Shown here in pieces: positions 6,405 through 14,675 of a stretch of 24,719 nt of DNA. Numbering within the stretch: the stretch's first letter is position 1; each line of letters starts with the position of its first letter. A program made the position numbers and the translations under genes. The stretch comes from Okeania sp. (GTDB taxonomy: Bacteria; Cyanobacteriota; Cyanobacteriia; Cyanobacteriales; Microcoleaceae), in the NCBI RefSeq assembly GCF_035285525.1, contig NZ_JAYKGW010000085.1, forward strand, positions 1-24,719, written 5' to 3'. Below the pieces are notes generated by a model. It was not told where the DNA came from and made no database searches. It worked only from the letters and a program-made list of their open reading frames with translations.

Positions 6405-8327
6405 ATGGTGATGACAGAAACAAAACGAGCCATAGTAATAGGAGCTGGATCCTCTGGTCTAATAGCTGCTAAAGAACTTTTAGACATCGGCCTAGATTTG
6501 ACAATTTTAGAAAAAGAAGCAACTTTAGGTGGTGTATGGCACAAATATTGCTGGAAGACTTCTACTCTCACATCTTCCAAGTGGATGACTGAATATGGCT
6601 GTTACCCAGCACCGAAAGAATATGCTGACTTTATGAAGCCAGAAGAAATGATGGAATATCTCAGCTCATTTACTAAACATTATGGCTTAGAAGATAAAGT
6701 TAAGTTTGGAGTTGCAGTTAAAGCGATCGCTCGCAGCACTGATGGTAAATACGATGTAATTACTGATCAGGAAACTTACAGTGGTTATGACTATGTAGTT
6801 GTTAGCACTGGTTTGCATGGAGAACCAGTTATTCGGGAAATTCCCGGACTAGAAAAGTTTACTGGTACAGTAATGCACGGATTCAAATATAAAGGTCCGG
6901 AAGAGTTTCAGGGTAAAAAAGTAGTGTGCATGGGTCTGGGAGAAAGTGGCATTGGCATCAGCTCTGAAATTAGCAGTGTGGCAGATAAAACTATTGTAGC
7001 AGCAGGTGGTTTTAATTTTGCTCCCCGGGTTTATCCTTACAGTAATAAACCTTTCGATCAGATACAGTTCTGGCCAATAGGTAAATTCATTAAGGATTAC
7101 CAAGAATTATTGAGTGCGGAAATGAGTTGGATTACCCGTCTACCAGAGCCATTACGAACTGCTTATGCAAAAATGCACCCATGGTTACGCAGCTTTCCTA
7201 AAGAATGGCTACCAACTGCTTATATTCCCTACTATTGGGCAGGTAAATATTGGCCTAAACCCAACAGCAATTTTGGAGATGCAAGTGGCAACCTGACTCG
7301 ACCAGATACTCCTCCTGATGATATTATGTATCTGGTTCATAGTGGTAAAATCATACCAAAAGGCAAAGTACAGCGTTTTGATGAAACAGGTGCTTACTTC
7401 CCAGATGGAAGTCGAGAAGAAGTAGATATGGTGGTAGCTAATACAGGATTTAAACCAGGCGCTGCCTTAATTGAATTTCCTGATAACTGGCAATACCGAC
7501 ACCAAGAATTGTATAAAGGCTGTTTGCATCCTGATCTGCCTAACCTGGCATTCGTTGGTACTGTTCGACCAACTATTGGCTCCATTCCTGCTATGGCAGA
7601 AATGCAGTCACGCTTTATTGCTCAAGTTTTTTCTGGTGAGTTTAAGTTGCCAGAGAAAGAAGAATTGAGAAAACTGATTAAGAAAGAAGCTGATGCCCAC
7701 GCATGCAAAAATCCGAAAATGACAGAACGTTGGCCTCACATCTACTTCTTTGATCAATGGATGGAAGAAATGGCAGATTTAATTGGTACTCAACCTAAAA
7801 TTTGGCAGCACCTCAGTTCTTGGAAGCAACTTCAAGGTTTTCTATTCGGAGCGCCCATGCCTATTCGTTTTCGTCAATACGGAGATGGAGCTGTTCCTGA
7901 TGCCAGGGAACGGTACGCTGACAGGATTAATCAACTATATGGAACTCGTCCTCAGTCCTATATAGTACCTTATCTGATTGTGAGTCTTTTCTTCCCCTAC
8001 ATAACATCTTTAATTGTTTCTGCAATCTGTTTTTGGGGAGCTAATTTATCGCCACTAATTAGTATTGCTTCAGGGTTACTGTTTTATACTTTATATATGA
8101 CAGTAGATTTATTCCGCTTTGTGGTGGGATTTTTACCGCTCATATTACCCAGTCTAATTACTTGGGAACAAACTTTGCCTTGGCGTAATTATGATAATGA
8201 TACTATGATCCCTTTCCTCTCTTTTCCTGAAGAAGACAGGATGGATTATGCTAATCCCAGAATCTTTGAAAATGATGGAGTTTCTAAAAGCGAAGTGAAA
8301 GACTATGAGTTGGCTGGTAAGAGTTAA
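6405..8327 (+). CDS. FMO-type flavin-containing monooxygenase with C-terminal transmembrane anchor
   Basis: FAD site VIGAGSSGLIAAKEL, then LGGVW. FMO-identifying motif FTGTVMHGFKYK (FxGxxxHxxxY). NADPH site VVCMGLGESG. The C-terminus has hydrophobic helices (IVPYLIVSLFFPYITSLIVSAICFWG, LISIASGLLFYTLYMTV, FVVGFLPLILPSLI). The ATG at 6405 is only 1 nt after aagga. The in-frame ATG at 6411 has better spacing. Confidence 0.85.
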   Translation: MVMTETKRAIVIGAGSSGLIAAKELLDIGLDLTILEKEATLGGVWHKYCWKTSTLTSSKWMTEYGCYPAPKEYADFMKPEEMMEYLSSFTKHYGLEDKVKFGVAVKAIARSTDGKYDVITDQETYSGYDYVVVSTGLHGEPVIREIPGLEKFTGTVMHGFKYKGPEEFQGKKVVCMGLGESGIGISSEISSVADKTIVAAGGFNFAPRVYPYSNKPFDQIQFWPIGKFIKDYQELLSAEMSWITRLPEPLRTAYAKMHPWLRSFPKEWLPTAYIPYYWAGKYWPKPNSNFGDASGNLTRPDTPPDDIMYLVHSGKIIPKGKVQRFDETGAYFPDGSREEVDMVVANTGFKPGAALIEFPDNWQYRHQELYKGCLHPDLPNLAFVGTVRPTIGSIPAMAEMQSRFIAQVFSGEFKLPEKEELRKLIKKEADAHACKNPKMTERWPHIYFFDQWMEEMADLIGTQPKIWQHLSSWKQLQGFLFGAPMPIRFRQYGDGAVPDARERYADRINQLYGTRPQSYIVPYLIVSLFFPYITSLIVSAICFWGANLSPLISIASGLLFYTLYMTVDLFRFVVGFLPLILPSLITWEQTLPWRNYDNDTMIPFLSFPEEDRMDYANPRIFENDGVSKSEVKDYELAGKS

Positions 8328-8662
8328 TTAGGGTTTCCCTCAAAAGTGTTTTTGCCCTTGGTAGGGAGTAGGTAGGGACGTTCCATAAGGGCGTCCCTAC
8401 TAGCTCTTGGTTATGGCGATCTGGTTCATCGAGAGTGAAAAGCGCTGTAGGCTTTTGATATGAAAAAGTACCAAATTTTCGCCTTATATTATAGAGTGAA
8501 AAAGTGAGTATCTGGGTAAGACTTGGGCAGAATTAGAGATAATTTTTGCAAGTACATCCTCTAAAACTTCTGATTCCTCTTGATTCTGTAGGGACGTTGC
8601 ATAAGGGCGTCCCTACTACTCCCTACTGCCTACTCCCTATTCCCTACTCCCTACCTTCACAA
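8328..8662. repeat. Repeat-rich 3' flank: tagggtttcc-ctcaaaag motif, two gtagggacg/cgtccctac hairpins and a heptamer array
   Basis: ttagggtttccctcaaaagtg (8328-8348) resembles tagggtttgcgctcaaaagtt at 17479-17499. Hairpins lie at 8372-8400 and 8588-8616, both with the 9-bp stem gtagggacg/cgtccctac. A ctcccta-type heptamer array runs 8617-8656. Confidence 0.8.
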
Positions 8663-8700
8663 CAAGACTTTTACGGTTCCCGATAAATCAGCAGACCCTA
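8663..8700. repeat. Right arm of the perfect 38-bp inverted repeat (partner at 5840-5877)
   Basis: caagacttttacggttcccgataaatcagcagacccta. Its last three bases (cta, 8698-8700) are the TAG stop codon of the minus-strand ABC1 kinase gene. Confidence 0.95.
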
Positions 8701-10518
8701 AATATTTAACTCTTTGCGTCCTAAAATTTCTGCACAAGTTAATAAAAGTTGGAAAGTCAATCCCACAAAAATTAATATTCCCACCCACTCCAAGTATGGT
8801 ATGTATGGGAACTTGCTAACTATTTCGTCAATCATGGGAAAATTAATCGGTTGAATAATCTGAAAATAGTTTTGATAAAGGAATATATACAACGCAACAA
8901 ATTCAGTAGCGACCACTAAATAAGATAACCTCCGGAAAATGACTACCATGGAGAGAGCAAACTGATTAACTGTCAACTCATAAGCATTAGTTCGCTTTCT
9001 AACTTCTGGCAAAGTTAAATAATTATACTGATTAACAACATTTGAAGCTTGGCTAACTAATTTCAGAATATTATCAGGAGTTAGAGAATTAATTAAAGCA
9101 CGACGCCGTGCTTGTTTATTGTACTTATTGATAATTTCAAAAACATCTATATCTGGCCATAGATATTGCAGTGAACCATCTAATGCTAGAACAGATCTAG
9201 TAAGTTTTAAGAAATCCCAGTTAGTAGGGATTCGATAACCGAAAGCGACATCAGTTACTCCTTTAATAGCTCCACCTAAAGATTTTTGCCGAAATGGTAC
9301 TCCTTTAACCTGAGATTTGACATACCACTTCTCAAACTGACGCGCCATTTCTACTCGTACTCTATCAATATTGACTTTAGGAATATCGACACCAAATCGA
9401 ATAAAGTAATCGGCTGCTTTGGTAAAATTTCCTTCCCCTAAACCATTAACATAGTTTAAGTAAGTATTCCTTAATTCTCCTTCCAAAGAACCTGTACTGC
9501 CATGATCGATCAGTACAAACTTATTATTGCGCAACAATATTATATTACCTGGGTGTAAGTCAGCATGAAATAGATTGTCTTCAAATAATTGTCGGAATAG
9601 GGATAAGTATAATCTTTCCCCTAGTTTGACTCGATCAATATTATTTTCTTCCTCCCATTTCCGAGCTATAGAAGCTTGATTCGCTATGGCACTAATATAG
9701 TCTGACATCATTACACCTTTTATAAATTCCATTACCAAAATCCGACGTTTAGAATATTTTTCGTATATTTTCGGCACAAAAACTTTATGTTCTTTCAGAG
9801 ACTTTCTCATCCTGATAGTGCTGCTTGCTTCATATCTGAAATCTAGTTCTTCTTGAAAGGTTTTTTCCAACTCTGCGATAAATTCACCCCAACCTAAATA
9901 TGTAGCAATATTCAAGAAAATTAAGATATTAACCAGACTCTTAATTACTTCTAAATCTCGGTTGAAAGCATCTTCTAAACCAGGACGCTGAACTTTGACT
10001 ACTACAGGAATTTGTTTTTTGCGTAAAATCGCAGTATGAACTTGAGCAATAGAAGCTGCTGCTAGAGGTTCCTCATCAAAAACTGCAAAAACTTTCCCCA
10101 AAGGAGTTCCCAATTCTGATTCCACAGTTGAGCGTACCACATCAAAAGGAAAACCAAGTGCTTCAGACTGCAAACTTCGTAAGGCATCACATATAGGTTC
10201 TGGCAAAATATCTGTTCGTAGTGCTAAGACTTGTCCTGCTTTTACCCAAAAACCACCAAAATCTTCAAATATTTCTCGCAACTGAGTTGCTGTTTTTTCT
10301 ATGTCTGGTTTACCAGTAAAGCTGCGCCACTGTACTTTTAAAAAATAAATAATGAATCGCCGAACAACATAAGAAGTAGTAACTCGTCGTTTCTCTACTT
10401 TTTCTACAATCTTTACTTTTTTTCTTTTCTTTTTTTCAGTCAGTGGTGTAGGAATATATTTCTTGTTTACCATATTATCTTTGTTTTTAGAACATTGGAA
10501 TAGTTGTAATGTAAGCAC
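8698..10518 (-). CDS. ABC1/UbiB (ADCK) family atypical protein kinase
   Basis: Motifs FGGFWVKAGQVLALRTDILP, AAASIAQVH, VVVKVQRPG and HADLHPGNI, with hydrophobic C-terminal helices. The start is ambiguous: GTG at 10518 or ATG at 10473 (MVNKKYIPTP...). Confidence 0.9.
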   Translation of the reverse strand: MLTLQLFQCSKNKDNMVNKKYIPTPLTEKKKRKKVKIVEKVEKRRVTTSYVVRRFIIYFLKVQWRSFTGKPDIEKTATQLREIFEDFGGFWVKAGQVLALRTDILPEPICDALRSLQSEALGFPFDVVRSTVESELGTPLGKVFAVFDEEPLAAASIAQVHTAILRKKQIPVVVKVQRPGLEDAFNRDLEVIKSLVNILIFLNIATYLGWGEFIAELEKTFQEELDFRYEASSTIRMRKSLKEHKVFVPKIYEKYSKRRILVMEFIKGVMMSDYISAIANQASIARKWEEENNIDRVKLGERLYLSLFRQLFEDNLFHADLHPGNIILLRNNKFVLIDHGSTGSLEGELRNTYLNYVNGLGEGNFTKAADYFIRFGVDIPKVNIDRVRVEMARQFEKWYVKSQVKGVPFRQKSLGGAIKGVTDVAFGYRIPTNWDFLKLTRSVLALDGSLQYLWPDIDVFEIINKYNKQARRRALINSLTPDNILKLVSQASNVVNQYNYLTLPEVRKRTNAYELTVNQFALSMVVIFRRLSYLVVATEFVALYIFLYQNYFQIIQPINFPMIDEIVSKFPYIPYLEWVGILIFVGLTFQLLLTCAEILGRKELNI

Positions 10519-10684
10519 TCAGTAGTGAGCTAGTCTCCTGGGTCGTAACTGCGAAATTCAATAATAAAAACCTCAATCTTAACGAAGAAATTTAAACGAA
10601 TAAAGAAAGTGAAAACTGAATTTTGTAGTCAGAAAAATTTCTGAATTATAAAACTTTTATCACTTATCGCTCACTAAAAGCTTT

Positions 10685-10794
10685 ATTACAGCGGTTTTCC
10701 TGCACGGTGAACCACAGTAGGGACGTTGCATGCAACGTCCCTACTGGATTTTGATTATGGTAATGTGGTTCATTCATTTGAAAAGCACTGTAAT
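10685..10794. mobile_element. 110-bp palindromic MITE-like element centred on a perfect 28-bp palindrome
   Basis: gtagggacgttgcatgcaacgtccctac (10717-10744) is a perfect palindrome. The outer arms attacagcggttttcc...ggtgaaccacag and atgtggttcat...gaaaagcactgtaat are imperfect inverted copies. The right arm also resembles 8409-8448. Confidence 0.7.
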
Positions 10795-10814
10795 TGAGAA
10801 AGGAAAAATTTTTA

Positions 10815-10934
10815 CTATAAAAGTCAGCTCTAAAGTCTATATTCGCTTAAGTCTATCCTTAAACATAGGGTATTATGGCTGTTAACGAGGTTTCTCCGCA
10901 GGAGGGTAGCTGAGGGCTAATAGCTTAATACTGA
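10815..10934. repeat. Dispersed repeat, copy 2 (partner 1684-1776)
   Basis: See 1684-1776: the same ordered sequence blocks in the same orientation. Confidence 0.7.
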
Positions 10935-10981
10935 TAATAATTACCCAAACAAATTCCTGTGAATAAATATTTACTTAAAAA

Positions 10982-11977
10982 CTAATTCACTTCACCTAAA
11001 GAATAAGCTTTTATTTGTTGAGAAGCAAAGAAATTTATTGCCATTTCTGCCTGAGTTGGTGATACTAAAACCACAAAACCAATACCCATATTAAAAGTAT
11101 TAAACATTGCCTCATCATCTACATTACCAACTTCAGAAAGCCATCTAAAAATAGGAGGAATTTTCCAACTATTTCTATCAATATCAATAGACATTCCTTC
11201 TGGTAAACAACGAGGTAAATTTTCTGGTAAACCCCCCCCAGTAATATGAGCCATACCATGAATATCTAAACCATATTTTTGTGCTGCTAAAATTGGTTTA
11301 ACATAAATTTTTGTGGGAGTTAATAACGCCTCTCCCAAACTTTTTGGCTCCAAAAAATCTAGGCTATCTTGTAGAGAAATATTACATTCGTCAATAATTT
11401 TTCTAACCAAACTAAAGCCATTACTATGAATGCCACTACTTTCTAATCCAATTGCCACATCACCTACTTTTACCTGAGAACCATCCAAAATTAAACTTTT
11501 TTCTACTATTCCCACACAAAAACCTGCGAGATCGTACTCCCCAGGGGAATAAAAACCAGGCATTTCAGCTGTTTCTCCTCCAATTAAAGCACACCCCGCT
11601 AAACGACATCCTTCCACAATACCAGAAATTACTTCCCTTAACTGTTGTTGATTTAATTTTCCTGTGGCCAAATAATCCAAAAAAAAGAGGGGTTCCGCTC
11701 CAGATGTCAACACATCATTGACACACATAGCAACTAAGTCAATACCAACAGTATGATGATAATTTAGACTATTTGCTAGTTTTAATTTTGTACCCACACC
11801 ATCAGTACCAGAAACCAAAACAGGTTGTTGATAACCACTTGGTAGGGCAAATAATCCACTAAATCCACCTAAACCTCCTAAAACTTCAGGTCGATGAGTA
11901 CTAAGAACCATATCGCGAATATTATTGACAAATTCACGACCAGCTTCAACGTCAACACCAGCTTGTTTATAATCCAT
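10982..11977 (-). CDS. purM: Phosphoribosylformylglycinamidine cyclo-ligase (AIR synthetase)
   Basis: N-terminus [13 protein letters not shown], then [10 protein letters not shown] and [14 protein letters not shown]. The protein is full length (331 aa) and collinear with PurM as I know it. Confidence 0.95.
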   Translation of the reverse strand: MDYKQAGVDVEAGREFVNNIRDMVLSTHRPEVLGGLGGFSGLFALPSGYQQPVLVSGTDGVGTKLKLANSLNYHHTVGIDLVAMCVNDVLTSGAEPLFFLDYLATGKLNQQQLREVISGIVEGCRLAGCALIGGETAEMPGFYSPGEYDLAGFCVGIVEKSLILDGSQVKVGDVAIGLESSGIHSNGFSLVRKIIDECNISLQDSLDFLEPKSLGEALLTPTKIYVKPILAAQKYGLDIHGMAHITGGGLPENLPRCLPEGMSIDIDRNSWKIPPIFRWLSEVGNVDDEAMFNTFNMGIGFVVLVSPTQAEMAINFFASQQIKAYSLGEVN

Positions 11978-12179
11978 TATGTTTTGGCCAGAACTTTAAT
12001 TGTGTGCTAGACAAAAAAAGTATACCTAAGTGCTGAGTGCTACTTCAACCATGTCTAGTTTTTAGGAGGTGGTTGCTAGTATTAATGTCCTCCCCTTTTA
12101 AAGGGATGAAAAAATATTTAATATATAATCCGGTTATACAGTGTACGTTTATAGCTCTATAACTACTTAAATATTCAAT

Positions 12180-12380
12180 TTTGCAGTTCAACCTTCCAGG
12201 TTGTTATATCATGTCCGGTTGAATAATTATACTTTGGTGGAAGGAAGGCAGAAATAAGGCAGCTATGCTAGAGGCAGAAGCTTTTATGCCATTTCCACCT
12301 TGATTTTATACACCCACGGCGCCCGAAACATCCGATGCTACTGGAAATGATATTACAGCCAACGAAGGCTGAACTGCAAA
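12180..12380 (+). ncRNA. Candidate 6S RNA (ssrS/ssaA-like) or another ~200-nt structured RNA
   Basis: The closing stem pairs 12181-12212 with 12348-12379 in four blocks: ttgcagttca/tgaactgcaa 10 bp, ccttc/gaagg 5 bp, gttg/caac 4 bp, atatcat/atgatat 7 bp. Two large unpaired strands follow (about 21 nt on the 5' side and about 43 nt on the 3' side). An internal helix pairs ggtggaa (12236-12242) with ttccacc (12293-12299) and ggca with tgcc. This closing stem / central bubble / terminal helix layout is 6S architecture. The strand is chosen from remembered similarity of uuccaccuuga and uuacagcc to the 3' half of E. coli 6S. Confidence 0.45.
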
Positions 12381-12413
12381 TTACGATAACTAATTACCCG
12401 GATTCTATATAAA

Positions 12414-12489
12414 TCAGTATTTCAAGTCTCTGACTTTAGTCTGAGGTTTACTCTCTACTGATGACTGATAACTGATAACTTAAATGACC
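12414..12489. repeat. Dispersed repeat (tcagtatttcaag...hairpin...tgataac heptamers...aaatgacc), copy 1
   Basis: It aligns with 14439-14507. A partial third copy of the heptamer tail lies at 14192-14220. Confidence 0.75.
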
Positions 12490-12706
12490 ATCAGCCTTAT
12501 TTATAGAAAATCCATCAAAAAAATTTTAATATTTGCTTCCTAAACTTAAAAGTTTGTGGTAGTCTATTCCAGTTACTTAATAATACTTAAAAATCAAAGA
12601 CTAAACACAAATCTAATCAAAGAGTCTGATTTATTTGAAATAGCCATTGCTGGACTATATCAAAATCAATCCAACTCCTAGATTACTCCTGAAAAAAATT
12701 AAGTTT

Positions 12707-13717
12707 ATGAAGCACAAAATTTGGACTGGTATTACTATTTTCCTTCTCTTTTCTAATTTAGATGTAGCGTACTCTAATGCCGATACTCTAAAGGAGGAAA
12801 AAATTTATCAACAGAACCAGCTCACAAAAAGAAGTTTGGTAGAAAATGATAATTCCCAGAAAGACATGGCTAATAAACAGGCAAATGCTCTAAAAGTTAG
12901 AGAGCAAATTTTCAACACTCAACCACAGCCAAATACTATTACCAAAATTATTGCCCATGAGCTGTTTGGTCGCCAAGCTGCAACTCTCTATGTTCGCAAT
13001 ATTCCAGTCCTTACCTTTCTTAACTCTGAGAAAACTAACCAGAATGTCGATAATCAAAATTTATACTCCTCATTTTCCGACTCAGACCAACAAAAAGATT
13101 GTTGGGGGAGAGCATCAGTAGTTGCCTCCCGACTAAATCAACTTATTCAAGAAAATCCCAATCTAGAAATTACGGCAAAGTGGGATGCAGAGAAAGAAAT
13201 TTATATAATTTTGGTCAACGATCAAAAGTTAGTCGAAATAAATGAGGATACTATTTTACCAGATACTACTAAAGATTTAACAATAGATACTTTACAAGCA
13301 ACTAACCGCTTACGACGACAAGTTAATAATACTTCTCCTTTAACAGAAATATCAGGTCAATCTAAATCTAAACCACAACTGGAACCAGAAAAAGTTGCTG
13401 TAGGAACAATTACTTACGAATTTCAAGGTTGGGCATCTTGGTATGGCCCTGGATTTCATGGTCGCTATAGTGCCAGTGGTGAGCGTTTTAATCAATATGC
13501 CATGACTGCTGCTCACAAGACTCTACCTTTTGGGACAAAAGTACGAGTAACTAATCTAAATAATGGTAATTCAGTTATTGTGAGGATTAATGACCGTGGT
13601 CCATTTATTCGACATAGAGTTATTGATTTGTCATCTGCAGCAGCTCGTGCTTTAGGTATGATTCATACTGGAGTTGCACCTGTGAAAATAGAGGTTATTG
13701 AATCTCGTGAATCTTAG
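12707..13717 (+). CDS. rlpA: Septal-ring lytic transglycosylase RlpA family protein (DPBB domain)
   Basis: C-terminal double-psi beta-barrel: GWASWYGPGFHGRYSASGERFNQYAMTAAHKTLPFGTKVRVTNLNNGNSVIVRINDRGPF. The ATG at 12707 gives a signal-peptide-like N-terminus, MKHKIWTGITIFLLFSNLDVAYS. The ORF-track TTG at 12647 would add 20 residues. Confidence 0.85.
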   Translation: MKHKIWTGITIFLLFSNLDVAYSNADTLKEEKIYQQNQLTKRSLVENDNSQKDMANKQANALKVREQIFNTQPQPNTITKIIAHELFGRQAATLYVRNIPVLTFLNSEKTNQNVDNQNLYSSFSDSDQQKDCWGRASVVASRLNQLIQENPNLEITAKWDAEKEIYIILVNDQKLVEINEDTILPDTTKDLTIDTLQATNRLRRQVNNTSPLTEISGQSKSKPQLEPEKVAVGTITYEFQGWASWYGPGFHGRYSASGERFNQYAMTAAHKTLPFGTKVRVTNLNNGNSVIVRINDRGPFIRHRVIDLSSAAARALGMIHTGVAPVKIEVIESRES

Positions 13718-13728
13718 ATAAAGTTTGA

Positions 13729-13767
13729 GGTGATGGGGTGATGGGGTGATGGGGTGATGGGGTGATT
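13729..13767. repeat. 8-bp tandem array (ggtgatgg x ~5)
   Basis: ggtgatggggtgatggggtgatggggtgatggggtgatt lies directly after the rlpA stop. Confidence 0.9.
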
Positions 13768-13929
13768 GTGAACATTCTATCCTACATTCCTAAATTGATT
13801 GTAACAAATCAAAAAGTCAATAAAAAACCACGAAGCTCCTACCTGTTGGTTGTTCCCCGTTCCCTGTTTCCTCAAACAAACCTTCTTCTCGGACTTCCTA
13901 AAGTTGCCTCCCATTCCGTCAATTATTAA

Positions 13930-14032
13930 CAGGACTTACGCAAAGAAACCGGGTTTCTACGAGAAATCTTTGTTTTGAACAGTAAGAATCTACGCTAGTA
14001 CCGGGTTTCTGGGTTCGTCTGCGTAAGTCCTG
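13930..14032. mobile_element. 103-bp MITE-like element with perfect 13-bp terminal inverted repeats (CAGGACTTACGCA family)
   Basis: caggacttacgca (13930-13942) pairs with tgcgtaagtcctg (14020-14032). Internal accgggtttct motifs occur on both arms. Related copies lie at 21437-21535 and 21898-21990. Confidence 0.8.
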
Positions 14033-14248
14033 ATTGAAGTCCACATTCTGCACTTTAAGCATAATACAAGATACTCTTTTACCAGAAAAAGAGGTATAAA
14101 ACTTCCCCTGGTTCCGGGATGAAAAGATAAAAGTTCATTAGTTAAAGTAAAGCTTTTAGGTTTCTTACGGAATGATGGGCAAACACCCATAGGTACTGAT
14201 AACTGATAACTGAAATAACCAAGTCTATTTTAGCTTCTATTATTAATT

Positions 14249-14342
14249 AGGACTAAAGCCATGAGGTAGAAAAAACAGGGGTTTGAGATTGCTTCCCGAC
14301 CGTCGTATCGGACGAAAATACCTTGCTGTTGTGTAAGTCCTG
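14249..14342. repeat. 94-bp dispersed element (aggactaaagcc...gtgtaagtcctg), copy 1
   Basis: It aligns along its full length with 21716-21809, with only a handful of mismatches. Its termini resemble the AGGACTTAC family ends. Confidence 0.85.
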
Positions 14343-14438
14343 ATTAATATTAAATATTAATAGTCTTAGATAAGCTTTTTAAATTACCAAAAAAAGAGGT
14401 ATAAAGCTTCCCCTTGTTCGGGGATAAAAAAATTTTAA

Positions 14439-14507
14439 CTCAGTATTTCAAGCCTCCGAATTTAGTCGGAGGTTAACTCTTTATTGATAACTAATAACTG
14501 AAATGAC
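14439..14507. repeat. Dispersed repeat, copy 2 (partner 12414-12489)
   Basis: tcagtatttcaagcctccgaatttagtcggaggttaactc...tgataactaataactgaaatgacc. It contains the 7-bp hairpin cctccga/tcggagg. Confidence 0.75.
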
Positions 14508-14675
14508 CGAACTGCAAAAAAAATCCTTAAGTGAACTATATTTTTCTATACTTGCCACTCAAAAAATTTGCCAATATTCACCTTAAAGCGTTATAACTGA
14601 GAAGAGGCGCTTTAGCGTTGTTAATGAATTATTATTAGTTCATTCTGCAGGAAAATTATCAAGAGGAAAAATACT

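Noticed and set aside
401-7965. Short ORFs nested in or antisense to the PKS, BVMO, lipase and FMO genes: 401-598, 674-904, 2509-2727, 2571-2807, 4356-4544, 5085-5408, 5469-5735, 6344-6580, 6849-7103, 7394-7585, 7471-7668, 7783-7965.
   Set aside because: All lie wholly or largely within much longer ORFs that carry clear family motifs. Their translations are low-complexity with no recognisable motif, as expected for shadow ORFs in AT-rich DNA.
12123-12410. An outer inverted pair tatataatccgg / ccggattctatata, which would make the 6S-like region a ~290-bp MITE.
   Set aside because: The sequences between the outer pair and the inner stem are asymmetric (about 45 nt against about 17 nt) and unrelated. 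I see no second copy of the element in the window, so the short AT-rich match may be chance.
13990-14190. 66-aa minus-strand ORF in the rlpA / Spy-like spacer.
   Set aside because: It overlaps the right arm of the CAGGACTTAC MITE and another dispersed repeat. It has no RBS and no motif.
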